Translations under genes and position numbers: made by a program
Notes under the pieces: model-generated
Told to the model about the DNA's origin: nothing
Database searches by the model: none
What the model saw: the letters and a program-made list of their open reading frames with translations, nothing else
Shown here: piece after piece, positions 36,510 through 49,458 of the stretch
How the letters are laid out: each line of letters opens with the position of its first letter
Numbering within the stretch: the stretch's first letter is position 1
DNA from: Torpedo marmorata
Lineage: Eukaryota
Length of the DNA stretch: 64,000 nt
Assembly (NCBI GenBank): GCA_977017645.1
Contig: OZ360224.1
Coordinates: 13,826,001 to 13,890,000 of the forward strand
Direction: 5' to 3'

Positions 36510-39500
36510 CACCAAACTAGTTTGGCAGGGGGGTGGGAATCAGAATGAGCATGCGGAGAGTAGGGTAGAAGAACACCTAGATTTGAAGGAAGAGAGGAAC
36601 CAGAATGTTAAAGTTAATGAAGGAGAGGGTAATCAAAAGAGTGTATGTGGGGGACATTCTCTTAAGTCTATATATTTCAGAATCAGAATCAAAATCAGAA
36701 TTTATTGTCATGAATAAGTCATGAAATTCGGTGTTTTGCGACAGCATCATAGTGCAATTAACATTCATATTAAAGATCTTACGACATTACTATAAAAAAT
36801 TATAAACAATAGTGCACGAAAAGTAAGGCAGTGTCTTTGGTTCATTGATTATTCAGGAATCTAATGGCAGCGGGGAAGAAGCTGTCCTTGTGCCGTTAAG
36901 TGCTCGTCTTTAGGCTCCTGTACCTTTTTCCCGATGGAAGCAGAGTGAAGAGGGCATGGCCTGGGTGGTGGGGATCTTTGTGGATAGAGGCTGCTTTTTA
37001 AAGACACCGCCTCATGTCGATGTCCTAGATGGAGTGAAGTTTGGTGCCTGTGATGTCACAGGCCGAGTTAACAACCCTCTGGAGTTTACTCTTGTCCTTG
37101 GAGTTGGCGCCTCCATACCAGGCAGTGATGCAGCCAACCAGAATGCTCAATGCAAGGAGCATTGTAAGAAAGGTGGATGAGCTTAGAGTATGGATTGATA
37201 CATGGAAATATGATATTGTAGCCATCAGTGAAACTTGGTTGCAGGAGGGGCATGATTGGCAGCTAAATATTCCTGGATTCCGTTATTTTAGGCGTGATAG
37301 AACAGGGGGGATAAAAGGTGGAGGGGTCGCAGTGCTTGTTAGAGAAACCATTACAGCGGTGCTATGGCAGGATAGATTGGAGGGCTCGTCCAGTGAGGCT
37401 ATTTGGGTGGAATTGAGGAATGGGAAAGGCATGAAAACACTAATGGGAGTGCATTATAGACCACCGAATGGGCAGAGGGAATTAGAGGAGGAAATTTGTA
37501 AGGAGATAGAATATATGTGTAATAAGCATAAGGTGGTGATTATAGGTGATTTTAACTTTCCACACATTGACTGGGACGCCCATACTGTAATAGGGCAGGA
37601 TGGGTTGGAGTTTGTCAAATGTGTTCAGGAAAGTTTTCTAAATCAATACATAGAAGAACCGACGAGAGAGGGGGCAGTATTGGATCTCCTATTTGGGAAC
37701 GAGATGGGTCAGGTGACAGAGGTTTGTGTTGGGGAACACTGGGTCTAGTGATCATAATATCATTAGCTTTAGGTTGATAATGGAGAAGGATAGGGCTGGG
37801 CCTAAGGTTGAGATTCTTGATTGGAATAAGGCAAATTTCAAGGAGATGAGGAAAGATATAGAGGGTGTGGATTGGGATAATTTATTTTTAGGAAAGGATG
37901 TCACAGATAAATGGAGGATATTCAAAGGGGAAATTTTGTGAGTACAGAGTCGGTTCGTCCCTGTGAGGATTAAAGGAAGAGTTAGAAAATATATGGAGCC
38001 TTGGTTTTCAAAGGATATTGGGAATTTGGTTCAGAGGAATAGGGATGTGTTCTACAGGTATAGATAGCAGGGAATAGATGAGGTCCTTGAGGAATATAAG
38101 GAGTGTAAAAAAAAAATCTTAAGAAAGAAATTAGAAAGGCTAAAAGGAGATATGAGGCTGTTTTGGCAGGCAAGGTAAAAATAAATCCAAAGGGTTTCTG
38201 CAGGTACATTAAAAGCAAAAGAATAGTGAGGGATAAAATCTGGCCCATTGAGGATCAGACGGGTAGGCTATGTGAGAAGTCAGAGGAGATGGGGGAGATT
38301 TGAAATGAATTTTTTTCTTCAGTATTTACAAAGGAAAGGATTATTGAGACAGGGGAGGTAAGGAAATCTGGCAGTGAGGTCATGGATAATATAAAGATTA
38401 ATGAGGAGTTAGTATTGGCTATTTGAAAGAGTATAAAGGTGCATAAATCTACAGGTCCTGACAGGATATTCCCGAGGACCCTGAGGGAGGTTAGTGTACA
38501 AATTGTGGGGGCTCTGACAGAAATATTTAAAATGTCACTGGCCACGGGGGAGGGGCCGGAGGATTGGAGGGTAGCTCATGTTGTCCCGTTGTTTAAGAAG
38601 GGCTCCAAAAGTAAACCTGGAAATTATAGGCCTGTGAGTCTGACATTGGTGGTGGGTAAATTAATGGAGAGTGTTCTTAGAAATGGTGTATACAGTTATT
38701 TGGAAAGAAAAGCATTGATTAGGAGTAGTCAACACGGTTTTGTTCGTGGTAGATCATGTTTGACAAATCTCATAGAGTTTTTCGATGAGGTTACTAAGAG
38801 GGTTGGCGAGGGGAAGGCTGTGGATGTTGTCTACATGGACTTTAGTAAGGCATTTGACAAGGTTCCGCATAAGAGGCTCGTTAGGAAGGTTCAAGCATTA
38901 GGTATTAATGACGAAGTAGTAAAATGAATTCAACAATGGTTGGATAGGAGATGCAGAGAGTAGTGGTGGAAAATTGTTTGTCAAGTTGGAGGCCGGTGAC
39001 TAGTGGAGTGCCTCAGGGATCGGTACTGGGTCCATTGTTGTTTTTCATATATATTAATGATCTAGATGATAGGGTGGTAAATTGGATTAGTAAGTATGAA
39101 GATGATACGAAGATTGGTGGTGTTGTGGACAGTGAAGAGGGATACCAAAGCTTGCAGGGGGATATAGGACAGTTAGAAGAGTGAGCGGAAACATGGCAGA
39201 TGGAATTTAATACTGATAAATGTGAGGTGCTACATTTTGGTAGGATTAATCAGCAAAGGTCATACATGTTAAATAGTAGACAATTGAGAAGTGCAGTAGA
39301 ACAGAGGGATTTAGGAATTCTGGTACATAATTCCCTGAAAGTTGAGTGGTGAAGAAAGCATTTGGTATGTTGGCCTTCATAAATCAGAGTATTGAATATA
39401 GGAGTTGGGATGTCATGTTGAAGTTGTATAAGGCATTGGTGGGGCCAAATTTGGAATATTGTGCACAGTTTTGGTCGCCGAATTACAGGAAGGATATAAA

Positions 39501-40005
39501 CAGAATAGAGAGAGTGCAGAGGAGATTTACAAGAATGTTGCCTGGGTTTCTGGGTTTGAGTTATAGGGAAAGGTTGAACAGGCTGGGACTTTATTCCCTG
39601 GAGCGTAGAAGGTTGAGCAATGATTTGATAGAGGTATTTAAAATTATGAAGGGGACAGATAGAGTCAATGTGGACAGGCTTTTTCCATTGAGAGTGGGGA
39701 AGATTCAAACAAGAGGGCATGGATTGAGATTGAAGGGGGAAAAGTTTAGAGGAAACATGAGGTGGAATTTCTTCACTCAGAGGGTGGTAGGAGGGTGGAA
39801 TGAGCTTCCGGCCGAAGTGGTAGATGTAGGTTCAATTTTAATGTTTAAGGAAAAGTTGGATAGGTATATGGACGAGAGAGGTGTGGAGGGTTATGGGCCG
39901 GGTGCGGGTCAGTGGGACTAGGTGGGAGAATGTGTTCAGCATGGACAAGAAGTGCCGAACTGGCCTGTTTCTGTGCTGTAAATGTTATTTTGTTATATGG
40001 TTATA
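36510..40005 (+). mobile_element. CR1 LINE (ORF2 + 3' UTR), interrupted by a Rex1 fragment
   Basis: Highly similar to 14822-17705; APE, RT and C-terminal ORF pieces. Confidence 0.93.
36678..37148 (-). mobile_element. Rex1 3' fragment inserted in the CR1 endonuclease (YF|NARS)
   Basis: Same family as 9271-9691; (TTCTGA)n tail. Confidence 0.9.
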
Positions 40006-41679
40006 TTACCAGAGGTAGTCCCTGGCTTCTCCACCACAAATAACCTTACTAAACTTTCTTCAACACCAAGGGCTAGGAGTTCATTCTTTTTGTCACAAAG
40101 ATCAGGAATATCCATGGTTACCTTTTCTGTTTCTCTTCCATCCCCTCGCCCACCTGATCAATTCCTCCAAATCTTCCCTGCTGTCATAGTTTTGAAATCA
40201 GACCCTTTTATTGATTCCATCCCAACTCTTGCATTGCTTGCTACAAATGCATCTCATCTTTGACACATTTCTCCTGTTTTCCTGATCCTATTTTGACCAT
40301 TCTGGCAAGCAACCAAATTCCCCTCTTGATCCCACATCAACTGTTACTCTTATCTGTTCCCTTCAGATATTAGTAACATACCTTTGAATCTGTCTCTCTC
40401 CCGAAGAAGATTCTTTGATCCCACAATGTTTAAGAAACATTTGGATAGATACATGTATAGGATAAGTTCGGAGGGAGATGGGTCAAGTGCAGTCAGGTGG
40501 GACAAATGTTGGTGTAACATTTTGGTTGGTGAAAGGCAAGTCAGGCTGAAGGGCCTGTTTCCACATTGTTTGACTCGGTGACTCCAATTTCTTAGTTTGA
40601 TATAACCTGCAAACTTGTGCCTATCTCCAATCTTCCTGTCCAAAATCCATGAACAACATCATCCAGTGTTTGGCAAAGACTAATACCATTGCTTTGATTC
40701 ACATTCCCCAAATCTCCCTTCTCATGCAAGGAACTAGTCTGAAGATGAGCTAAATCAGTGGCAGCTGTGGGGATGTATTTGGCACCAAGCAGTGTTTTCC
40801 TCCAAATATCTTCTCCATTACTTAAACTGCCTCCTTCCAACACTGTAACACCACCAGTCATTATTCTTCCCTCTGCTCAACTATGACTATAAATTCCATC
40901 TGTGGCTTTGTTACATTTGGACTTGATTATTCTTATAAAATACTACAGATGCTGGAAACCTGAAATTAAAAACATAAAATTCCAGGGATACTCAAAAGGT
41001 CATGCAACATAGTTAATATTTCAGTTTGATTATCTTTCATCAATCCACAGATGTTTACCATCCCAAAGACTTGCTGGATAGTATCAATTTCCTAACCAAC
41101 ATGCATCTGTGTTCATCCAAAATTCGGCTGCCCATATCTTAACCCACTGCAGATCTTACTCTTCTATTGAAGCTGTGTTAGCTGCCCATCCTTTGGCAAC
41201 AACACAATTTTTATATTTCCACCTGCTTTCATAGCCTTTCCACTCCCCATCACCTCCAGACCTACAATCCTCCTCGATTTTTTCAATCCTCTTCTTTTTG
41301 TTTTTTGCTCACTCCTGATGTTACTCACTTGACCACAGAGACCATATTTTCAACTGGCTTGGCTCTATGCTTTAGAATTATGTTTGTGAACATTCCATTC
41401 ATTCCCTCCTCTTTAAGATGCTCCTTGCAAAATCCCACTTTGATAAACCATTTGGGAGTTTGTCCTGCTGTCGCTTTTTGTGCTTTGTTTCTGTTGGGTA
41501 CCAGAGGACGTTTCATTACATTTGAGGTGCTATAGGAGTGCCAGTTGTTGAATTGTTTAATTTTTTTATTGAGAAGAACCAAACTGATATTATTCATACA
41601 CCTTATAATCAAAATAAAGCCATTGAAAAGTTTTTGAATGTTTTTTGGAGCATAGATCCAAACCAAAATAAAAATGATT

Positions 41680-42895
41680 GGCTTTGGCTCACGAGGCTTC
41701 GGCAAGAAGAGGCTGAGGACGAGCTTGTTTCCCGCAAGGTAAGACCAGGTAAAATCTTTGTATTTAAATTAGAAATAGTTAATGGAGACAGCAGCTAGGG
41801 CAGTGGAATGCTCCGAGTGCAGCATGCGGGATATCTTGGACAGCACAACTGTCCCTGATGACTACACCTCCAAGAGGTGCATCCAGTTGCAGCTCCTGGA
41901 AGACCGAGTTAGGGAACTGGAGCTGGAGCTGGATGAACTCCGGATCATTCGGGAGGCTGAGGTAGTGATAGAGAGAAGTTTCAGGGAGACAGTCACCCCA
42001 AAATATCAGGAGGCAGGTAGCTGAGTGACTGTTAGGAGATGGAAGGGGAATAGGCAGACAGTGCAGAGCACCCCTGTGGCCATTCCCCTCAACAATAAGT
42101 ATAATGTTTTGGATACTGTTGGGGGGGACAATCTACCAGGGACAAGTCATGGTGGTCACATCTCTGGTGCAGAGGCTGGCCCCTCGCCGAAGAAGGGAAG
42201 GGTGGGGGGGGTGGGGTGGAGAGAAGAGGAGAGCTATGGTGATTGGGGACTCATTGGTTAGGCGAGTGGATAGGAGGTTCTGTGAACGAGATTGAGGCTC
42301 CAGGATGGTATGTTGCCTCCCAGGTGCCAAGATCAGGGACGACTCTGATCGAGTTCACAGCATTCTGGAGGGGGACCACACTTAGAGTATTGTGTTCAGT
42401 TCTGGTCACCTCATTATAGGAAGGATGTGGAGAGGAGAGGAGAGTTACCAGGATGTTACCTAGATTGGAAAATAAGTCTTTTGAGGCAAGGTTAGCAAAG
42501 CTGGGACTTTTCCCTTTGGAGCGTAGAAGGATGAGAGGAGACGTAATAGAGGTCTACAAGATTATGAGAGGCATAGATAGGGTGGACAGCCAGCGCCTGT
42601 TTCCCAGGGCAGGAATAGCAAACACCAGAGGTCAGCAGTACAAAGTGAAGGGAGGGAAGTTTAGGGGAGATATCAGGGGTACGTTGTGGGTGTCTGGAAT
42701 GCCTTGCCGGGGATGGTGGTGGAGGGTGAAACGTTAGGGGCATTTAAGAGACTCAGGCACATGGATGGAAGAAAAATAGAGGATTATGGTGTAGGGAGGG
42801 TTTAGTACTTTTTTTAAAAAGAATATATGGGTCGGCACAACATCGAGGGCCGAAGGGCCTGTACTGTGCTGTAGTGTTCTATGTTCTATGTTCTA
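41680..42895 (+). mobile_element. CR1 5' part (ORF1 N-half) joined at about 42375 directly to a CR1 3' end
   Basis: CSECSM..PDDY..RCIQLQLL..ELELELDELRII and GDS motif, then LEYCVQFWSP and a C-terminus with a (GTTCTAT)n tail. Confidence 0.82.
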
Positions 42896-45323
42896 ATACT
42901 GCTAAGCTTTACATATTACCCGTGGCAGTAGTCTCACTAAGACATTTTGCACATGGCATGATAGTTCCACATGGTTTACATCTATGTTGCTATTAGCCCA
43001 AGTGTTTCAAGTGCTCAGATCAAACAATGTATTAAATGTCTTGCATTGATTTTAAGGTGTTGGCTTCACCATGAAGAAGGCCATGCCCTTTATTAATATG
43101 AAAAGTACCGACTATTGCAATATTAATGGCATAAACATTGGCAAGAACATTGTTAAATATTTGGGAATGACATCTGCTGACTGTGATCCTTTTGTGCTTG
43201 AAGTGGGAGGTTGTGGTCAAGTGGACCATATGCAGAAATGTTAGTTACGTGACAACTTCAATGTATCAGTTTCAGGAAAATGAAATGATCTTTACTTTAG
43301 CATGCCATATTTGATAAACAGAATTTACTGAGCAGCTTACCCTCAGTCATCATGGTTTTTCATAGCTTTCTCAGAACTTCCTAAAACAAAAAAAAAGAAT
43401 AAATGACTTTTACTTAGCTGAAATTTATTAATGATGCAGTTGAATGAGTTTAGTTTTATTTAATGCAAGTGGTTTCATTAAGCTTACAACTTACATGTAA
43501 CAATTAGTGTAGATTCTGATTGGACATGGGTTTCTGGAATTTGAATATACCAGAAGAATTTGAAGTAAATACTATGTACGTAGGATGTGTGGGTAATTCA
43601 CTGTGCAGATGTCACAATGCAAACAGACGAACTTTCAATATCCAGACTTATGGCCATCACTTAACTTCAAACACATGTAATTCAATATTTCTATTGAAAT
43701 ATACACAGTTTATGTAATGCAGTGACTTCTATACATCTCTGGCTCATGAATTGTCACGTTCGTTAAAATCAAAGCAGATGAAATAATTTATTTTCGAATA
43801 CAATATCTTCGTTACCTTTCCAATTCATTTGTGGGTAGCAAATTGGGAGACACAGCAGAGATAAGACAGGACTGTGAAAAGGTAAACTGAGATCATCTAT
43901 TTGCAGTAACATGGGAAAAACACAAATGAGAATTAATGAGAGTTCAGCCTCAACATTTCAGTTGTGAAGAGAGACAAGAGAGGCTAGATCTGTTTATCCT
44001 GGAGCAGAGGAACTTAAGAGGAGACTTGATTTCAAAATTATTATAAAGCAGCTCAATTAAAATTTGTTAATGAATTTTTTGATTTAACTAAATCTTCTGC
44101 TTGGATTAGAATAGAATTAAATAATATAGGAGAAGATTCGAAAGAAGAAGTTATTTATAAATGGGATTCTAAATTAATATCAACAAGAAGAAAAAATTCA
44201 CCTATTCTTAAACATTTGTTAGAAATATGGAATAAGATGGATAAGGAAATAGGAGGAAAAGGATCGATTTCTCCAAAGATATCTCTATATCAAAATGGAC
44301 TTATTCCATTTACTATTAATAATCAATTATTTAAAATTTGGTTTCAAAAAGGAATTAAGAAAATAAATGACTGTTTTGAAGCTGGGAAATTTATTACTTT
44401 TCAAAGAATGAAAGATAAATTTAATATATTGGATTTGTTACAGAATCAAACCAGCAACGACAGAAGACGCAATGCAAAAGGGGTAAAAATTGAAATTATT
44501 ATTTATTAAACACAAGTAAACATATAATTTCACAACAATTAACCCCACTATAAACGTCTATAAACTCTATTCTTATCTAAAAGGTGTATGTGTGTGTGTG
44601 TAAAGCCCAGACCATTACAGTCTGTGCCCAACCCTTATGAAAAAATGGAAAAACTTTCCCCAAAAACCCCAGGTCAGTCATAAAACAACAAGTCAGTCAA
44701 AAAAAAGATAAACAGTCCACAAGATTCACTCTCTAAGTTCAGGCTTCACTTCAGCTCTGGGTCTGGTAGAAGTACTTCTGAATGAACGTTGGAGAGAGAC
44801 AATGACTGATTATGCTTACAAATACTTGTTTTCTTCTCTGATGACGTCCCCTTCTTGTAGGTTCATAAGGATTGCAAGTTCCAGATCAGTATACCACTGA
44901 TTTAGGCGTATGCTTGAATCTCACAGCTAGTCTCGCTGATCTCACGCCTGTTCTCCACAGAAGTTGCTTTTCTCAGAATTTTTCTCTGAGACAGGAGGCC
45001 ATGTGCTATTTTGCCAGATTTTCTCTGACTGCACACACCCCTGGATACTGGCTGTGTTCTGTAGCCTTGCAACTCACAACTGTCTGCTTTGCAGAGATCT
45101 GCCCCTGCTTTTTGCAGAAGTGAAACAAATGTATCTTGTCCAGGCTCTCTCTGGTCTCTCTCTGTCTGGGTACATCAAAAGTGCAACAATGTATCTTGTC
45201 TGGGTACACCAAGTAGCTGGGGAAGTTAACTCTTTCAGTACCTGGCCCCAGTGTATACTCCAAAAGAATTCATCCTTCCTGCTGACCGTCTGCAGTCCAA
45301 ATGGTCAGTCATGGCCCATAACA

Positions 45324-45335
45324 CCTCCCACCCTC
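45324..45335 (-). promoter_or_regulatory. Polypurine tract
   Basis: GAGGGTGGGAGG abuts the 3' LTR. Confidence 0.85.
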
Positions 45336-45455
45336 AAAGGAAATTTTGGTCTGCAAGAACAAAATTTAGGAAAGTAAGTGAGGTGTCAGAATATAAACAA
45401 AATCTACAATGTTTATCCACAAATACAAAATATGAACTATTTTCATTGATAAAGT

Positions 45456-47363
45456 TTAACATCTAGAAAGACAATCAGCAATTACATTATCTCTCCCTTT
45501 TATATGAGTGATTACCAAATTATATTCTTGCAAAATTAGACTCCAATTCAACAACCGTCGATTCTTATTTTTCATTTTACAAAGAAAAACCAATGGATTA
45601 TGGTCAGTATACACTATGAGTGGTTTTTGAGCTGTACAGATATACACATCAAAATGTTGTAGAGCCAACACAAGAGCCAACAACTCTTTCTCTATAGTTG
45701 AATAATTCCTTTGATGATCATTGAACTTCTTCGAGAAGTAGGATACCGGATGTTCAATGTCCTCTTCGTTCTTCTTCTGTAACAGCACCGCACCCACAGC
45801 TTCATCGCTCGCATCCACGGCTAAAGAAAACGACTGTTCTAAATTAGGTGACTTAAGCACAGGTTGGTGGCATAACATGGCTTTCAATTTGACAAATGCT
45901 TCCTGACAACCTGTAGACCATACAAATTTCTCTTTCTTTCTAAGCGAATTTGTGAGAGGGAGCGCAAGATCAGCAAAGTTTTTACAGAACTTGCGATAAT
46001 AGCCAATCATTCCCAGGAACCTCCTCAGAGTTTTCTTACCAGTTGGAACAGGGAACTCGGAAATAGCGACAACCTTTGCCTCTACTGGCGCCAACTTCCC
46101 CTGTCCTACAACATAACCCCGAGAATTAACAGTCCCATGACCCTCTCTGAAACTGGTTTCATCTGTCTCCTCCTTACCCCTGTCAATAACCAGTACCTCT
46201 GGTAAATTTTCAGTCCCTTTGTGTGGCACCTGTTCAAAATATGGCTTAATCATATTCACATGACAGACCTGTGTGTCTCGTCTGCGATTAGGTGTTTCTA
46301 TGACATAGGTGACATCATTAATTTTTGACTTAACTCTATAGGGTCCTGAAAATCTAGCCCTAAGAGGATTTGAATGGATGGGAAACAGAACTAATACGTT
46401 CTCACCAGGTTTAAAAGTTCTCATCTTCGCCTTTCGATCATACCAAACCTTAATTCTCTGTTGAGTGGCCTTTAAATTCTCCTTTGCCATCTCACGAGCC
46501 CTATGTAACCGATCCTTAAATTTGGAAACATAGTCTAACAGATTTAAATGCACATCACGATTAATCCACTGTTCTTTTAATAATCTTAAAGGACCTCTCA
46601 CCTCATGTCCGAAAACTAACTCGAATGGACTAAAACCAAGCAAATCTTGGACAGACTCCCTCGCTGCAAATAACAACAAATGAACCCCCTCATCCCAATC
46701 CTTTTCCTTCTCACAACAATAGGTTCTAATCATGGTTTTCAAAGTCGAATGGAACCTCTCCAAGGCCCCTTGACTTTCTGGATGGTACGCAGAGGATACA
46801 ATCTGTTTAACTCCTAGTCCATCAACCACTTGTTGGAAAACGCCTGACATGAAATTACTGCCCTGATCTGATTGAATTTCCCTTGGCAAACCTACCAAGG
46901 TGAAAAACTTTACTATAGCCTTTACAATTGACTTTGCTTTTATGTTTCTCAGAGGAATGGCCTCTGGAAATCTGGTGGCTGCACACATAATTGTTAACAA
47001 ATATTCATTCCCCGCTTTGGTTTTGGGCAATGGGCCAACACAGTCCACAATTACTCTCGAGAAAGGCTCACTAAACGCAGGGATAGGTTGCAAGGGTGCC
47101 ACCGGGGGACCCTGATTAGGTTTACCCACCACCTGACAAGTGTGACAGGCCCGGCAAAAGCTTACAACCTCCCTTCTCAAACTGGGCCAATAAAACTGTT
47201 TCATTATCTTACTTATAGTTTTCTTCACCCCAAGATGACCACCTAAGGGTGTACTATGAGCCAAAGTTATTATTTCATCCCTATATACTTTAGGGATCAC
47301 AACCTGCTGCACTACTGCCCATTCTTCATTGGCAGGAACATCACTCATTGGCAGGAACATCAC
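45456..47363 (-). pseudogene. Integrase (HHCC, DDE core, GPY motif) fused to RT C-terminal remnant and RNase H
   Basis: AH..GGHLG..CHTCQ, VDCVGP, SDQGSNF, YHPESQGALER, FSGPY; then GYVVGQG, RFLGMIGYYRKF, VDAS, YSTIEKE, TDH, ADCLSR. No YxDD motif. Confidence 0.9.
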
Positions 47364-49330
47364 GTGGTCTCCACTTTCTCATCAACACCCCATCTTTTTC
47401 ATAATACCCTACTGGCACCTTTTTAATCTCCTCTTCAGAGAGAACCTTATCCCTCACCTCAGCAAGATCCGGATCGTCCTTTTGCCTTGCTATTAACTCC
47501 TGTCGGGATAGTGACAAATCTGTGCCTTTAGGTGTCTTATCAGTGGATGGGTGTAACATAGGAGATTGCTCAACCTTTTCCAGGTTTTCTTGATTATCAG
47601 TTTCTTTTTCTTTTACCAAGTTATTTTCCACTGCCTTCTCTACAGTGACATTTTTCTTAGACATGGCCCTGGTTATGGCACATGCCGGATAAATATCAGA
47701 GTCTTTCTCTGACTTATCAATGACTGGCTTAGTGGTCATTCTCACTGCAGGAACTACTTTACCCTTGGCCAAGTCATTGCCTAACAACAGTGAGACTCCT
47801 TCTACGGGCAACTCTGATCTCACTCCTATTATAACTGGTCCTTCCACCAAGTCTGAGTTCAATACTATTTTGTGCAAAGGAATGGACTCAACTTCACCAC
47901 CAATTCCTTTTATTAAATTTATGTCACCGGTGTCAGTAGCTTCACAAAATTCCAAGACACTATCTAACACAAGTGACTGAGCAGCTCCAGTATCTCGCAA
48001 GATTTTCACTGGCACTTGTTTTGATCCTGCCTTAACTGAAACAAAACCATCAGTCACAAAAGGTTTAAATACATCTTTAACTTGGTCAGTAAATTTATCT
48101 CCTTCCTGGGTGTTATGCATCTTCTCACTCTGAATACAAGCATTAGGTGTTGCATCCTTTTCTCTCTTCTTTTTCAACACTGGACAGCTTGCTATTATAT
48201 GACCTTCCTTCCTAGAGTAGTGGCAAATGGGACCCGAATTGTTTTCCCTTTTCCACTTTCCTTCATCCCTTTCCTTAACACCACTTCCAAATTTACTTTC
48301 CACTTGCTTCTGATTATCCACCGTGACCTTTTGAAAAATTCTACCTGACGTCCACTTTGGCTTGTGTGTTAAAGCATATCCATCTGCCAACTTAGCTGAA
48401 TCTCGCCAAGTTTTCACCTCCTTTTCATCTAAGTATACTTTAATATCCTCAGGAACACACCTTTTAATCTCCTCGATTATTATCAATTCTCTCAATTGAT
48501 TGTAATCATTGTTTACTTCCTTAGATGTGCACCACCTGTCAAAACACACAACTTTTTCATAGGCAAACTCTGTATAAGATTGGGTTGCTGATCTTTTTAG
48601 ATTTCTAAACTTCTGTCTATAAGCCTCTGGAACTAACTCATAAGCCTGGAGTATAGCCTTCTTCACCGTTTCATAATCAGCAGCTTGCTCTGTGGTGAGA
48701 GTAGAATAAGCTTGCTGAGCTTTTCCTTTTATTACACTTTGCAACATAAGAGACCATTGGTCTTGTGGCCATTTTAATTTTACAGCCACTTTCTCAAAAT
48801 GTTGGAAGTACTTATCTCTTTCTGCTTCCTCAAATGGAGGAACCAACCTAACTTCTCTACTAGCCAAAAACCCCTCAGCAGGATGACGAATTTGATCTTG
48901 GCGCTCTTCTTGTCTCCTCTCATTTTCCAACTTTATCTTTTCCAGCTCATATCTCCTATTTCTCTCATCATTCTCGTGTCTCTTTAGTTCCAATTCCATG
49001 TCTAATTTCCTTTTTTTCCAACTCCAATTCTAATTTCTTTTGTTCCAATTCCCTGTTCTTTTGTTCCCTGTCTGCCTCCAATTCCAATTTCTTTAATTCC
49101 AACTGTATGTTTTCAGAAGGTTTACCCTTGGGAAACTGCTCTAACATGCTCTCCTCAAATTTTTTTTCTTTTATATAGTATTTGACTATTTTTCTCCCAA
49201 TCTCTGCCTTTTTCATAGATGGTTTTACAGAAGCAATGCCCAACTCTGTTGCTATAGCCACTAACTGTTCCTTTTTCGCCTTTTTTAAAGTATCAGGTTC
49301 AGGTGATTCCAAAAATTGTTCTACATCCAT
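47341..49330 (-). pseudogene. Gag (SCAN-like capsid, degenerate Zn knuckle) + protease; frameshift at about 49015
   Basis: VPPFEE..YFQHFEK, YELVPEAYRQKFR, CHYSRKEGHIIASC, LRDTGA, LLLGND motifs. Confidence 0.88.
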
Positions 49331-49440
49331 TGTTGCTGGTTTTTTGTTACACACACACTAGCTTTTAATTAGCTTTACCAAAAGGAATGCCTTAAACCAA
49401 ACTGGGATTCCTTCAATTACCAAGATGGATTTTGATTCAA

Positions 49441-49458
49441 ATCCCGGACGAGCCCCCA
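49441..49458 (-). promoter_or_regulatory. Primer binding site, tRNA-Pro
   Basis: TGGGGGCTCGTCCGGGAT lies 3 nt inside the 5' LTR boundary; this is the classical tRNA-Pro PBS. Confidence 0.92.

Noticed and set aside
44872-45377. Duplicated small ORFs (also 49898-50289)
   Set aside because: Identical only because they lie in paired LTRs; not env-like.
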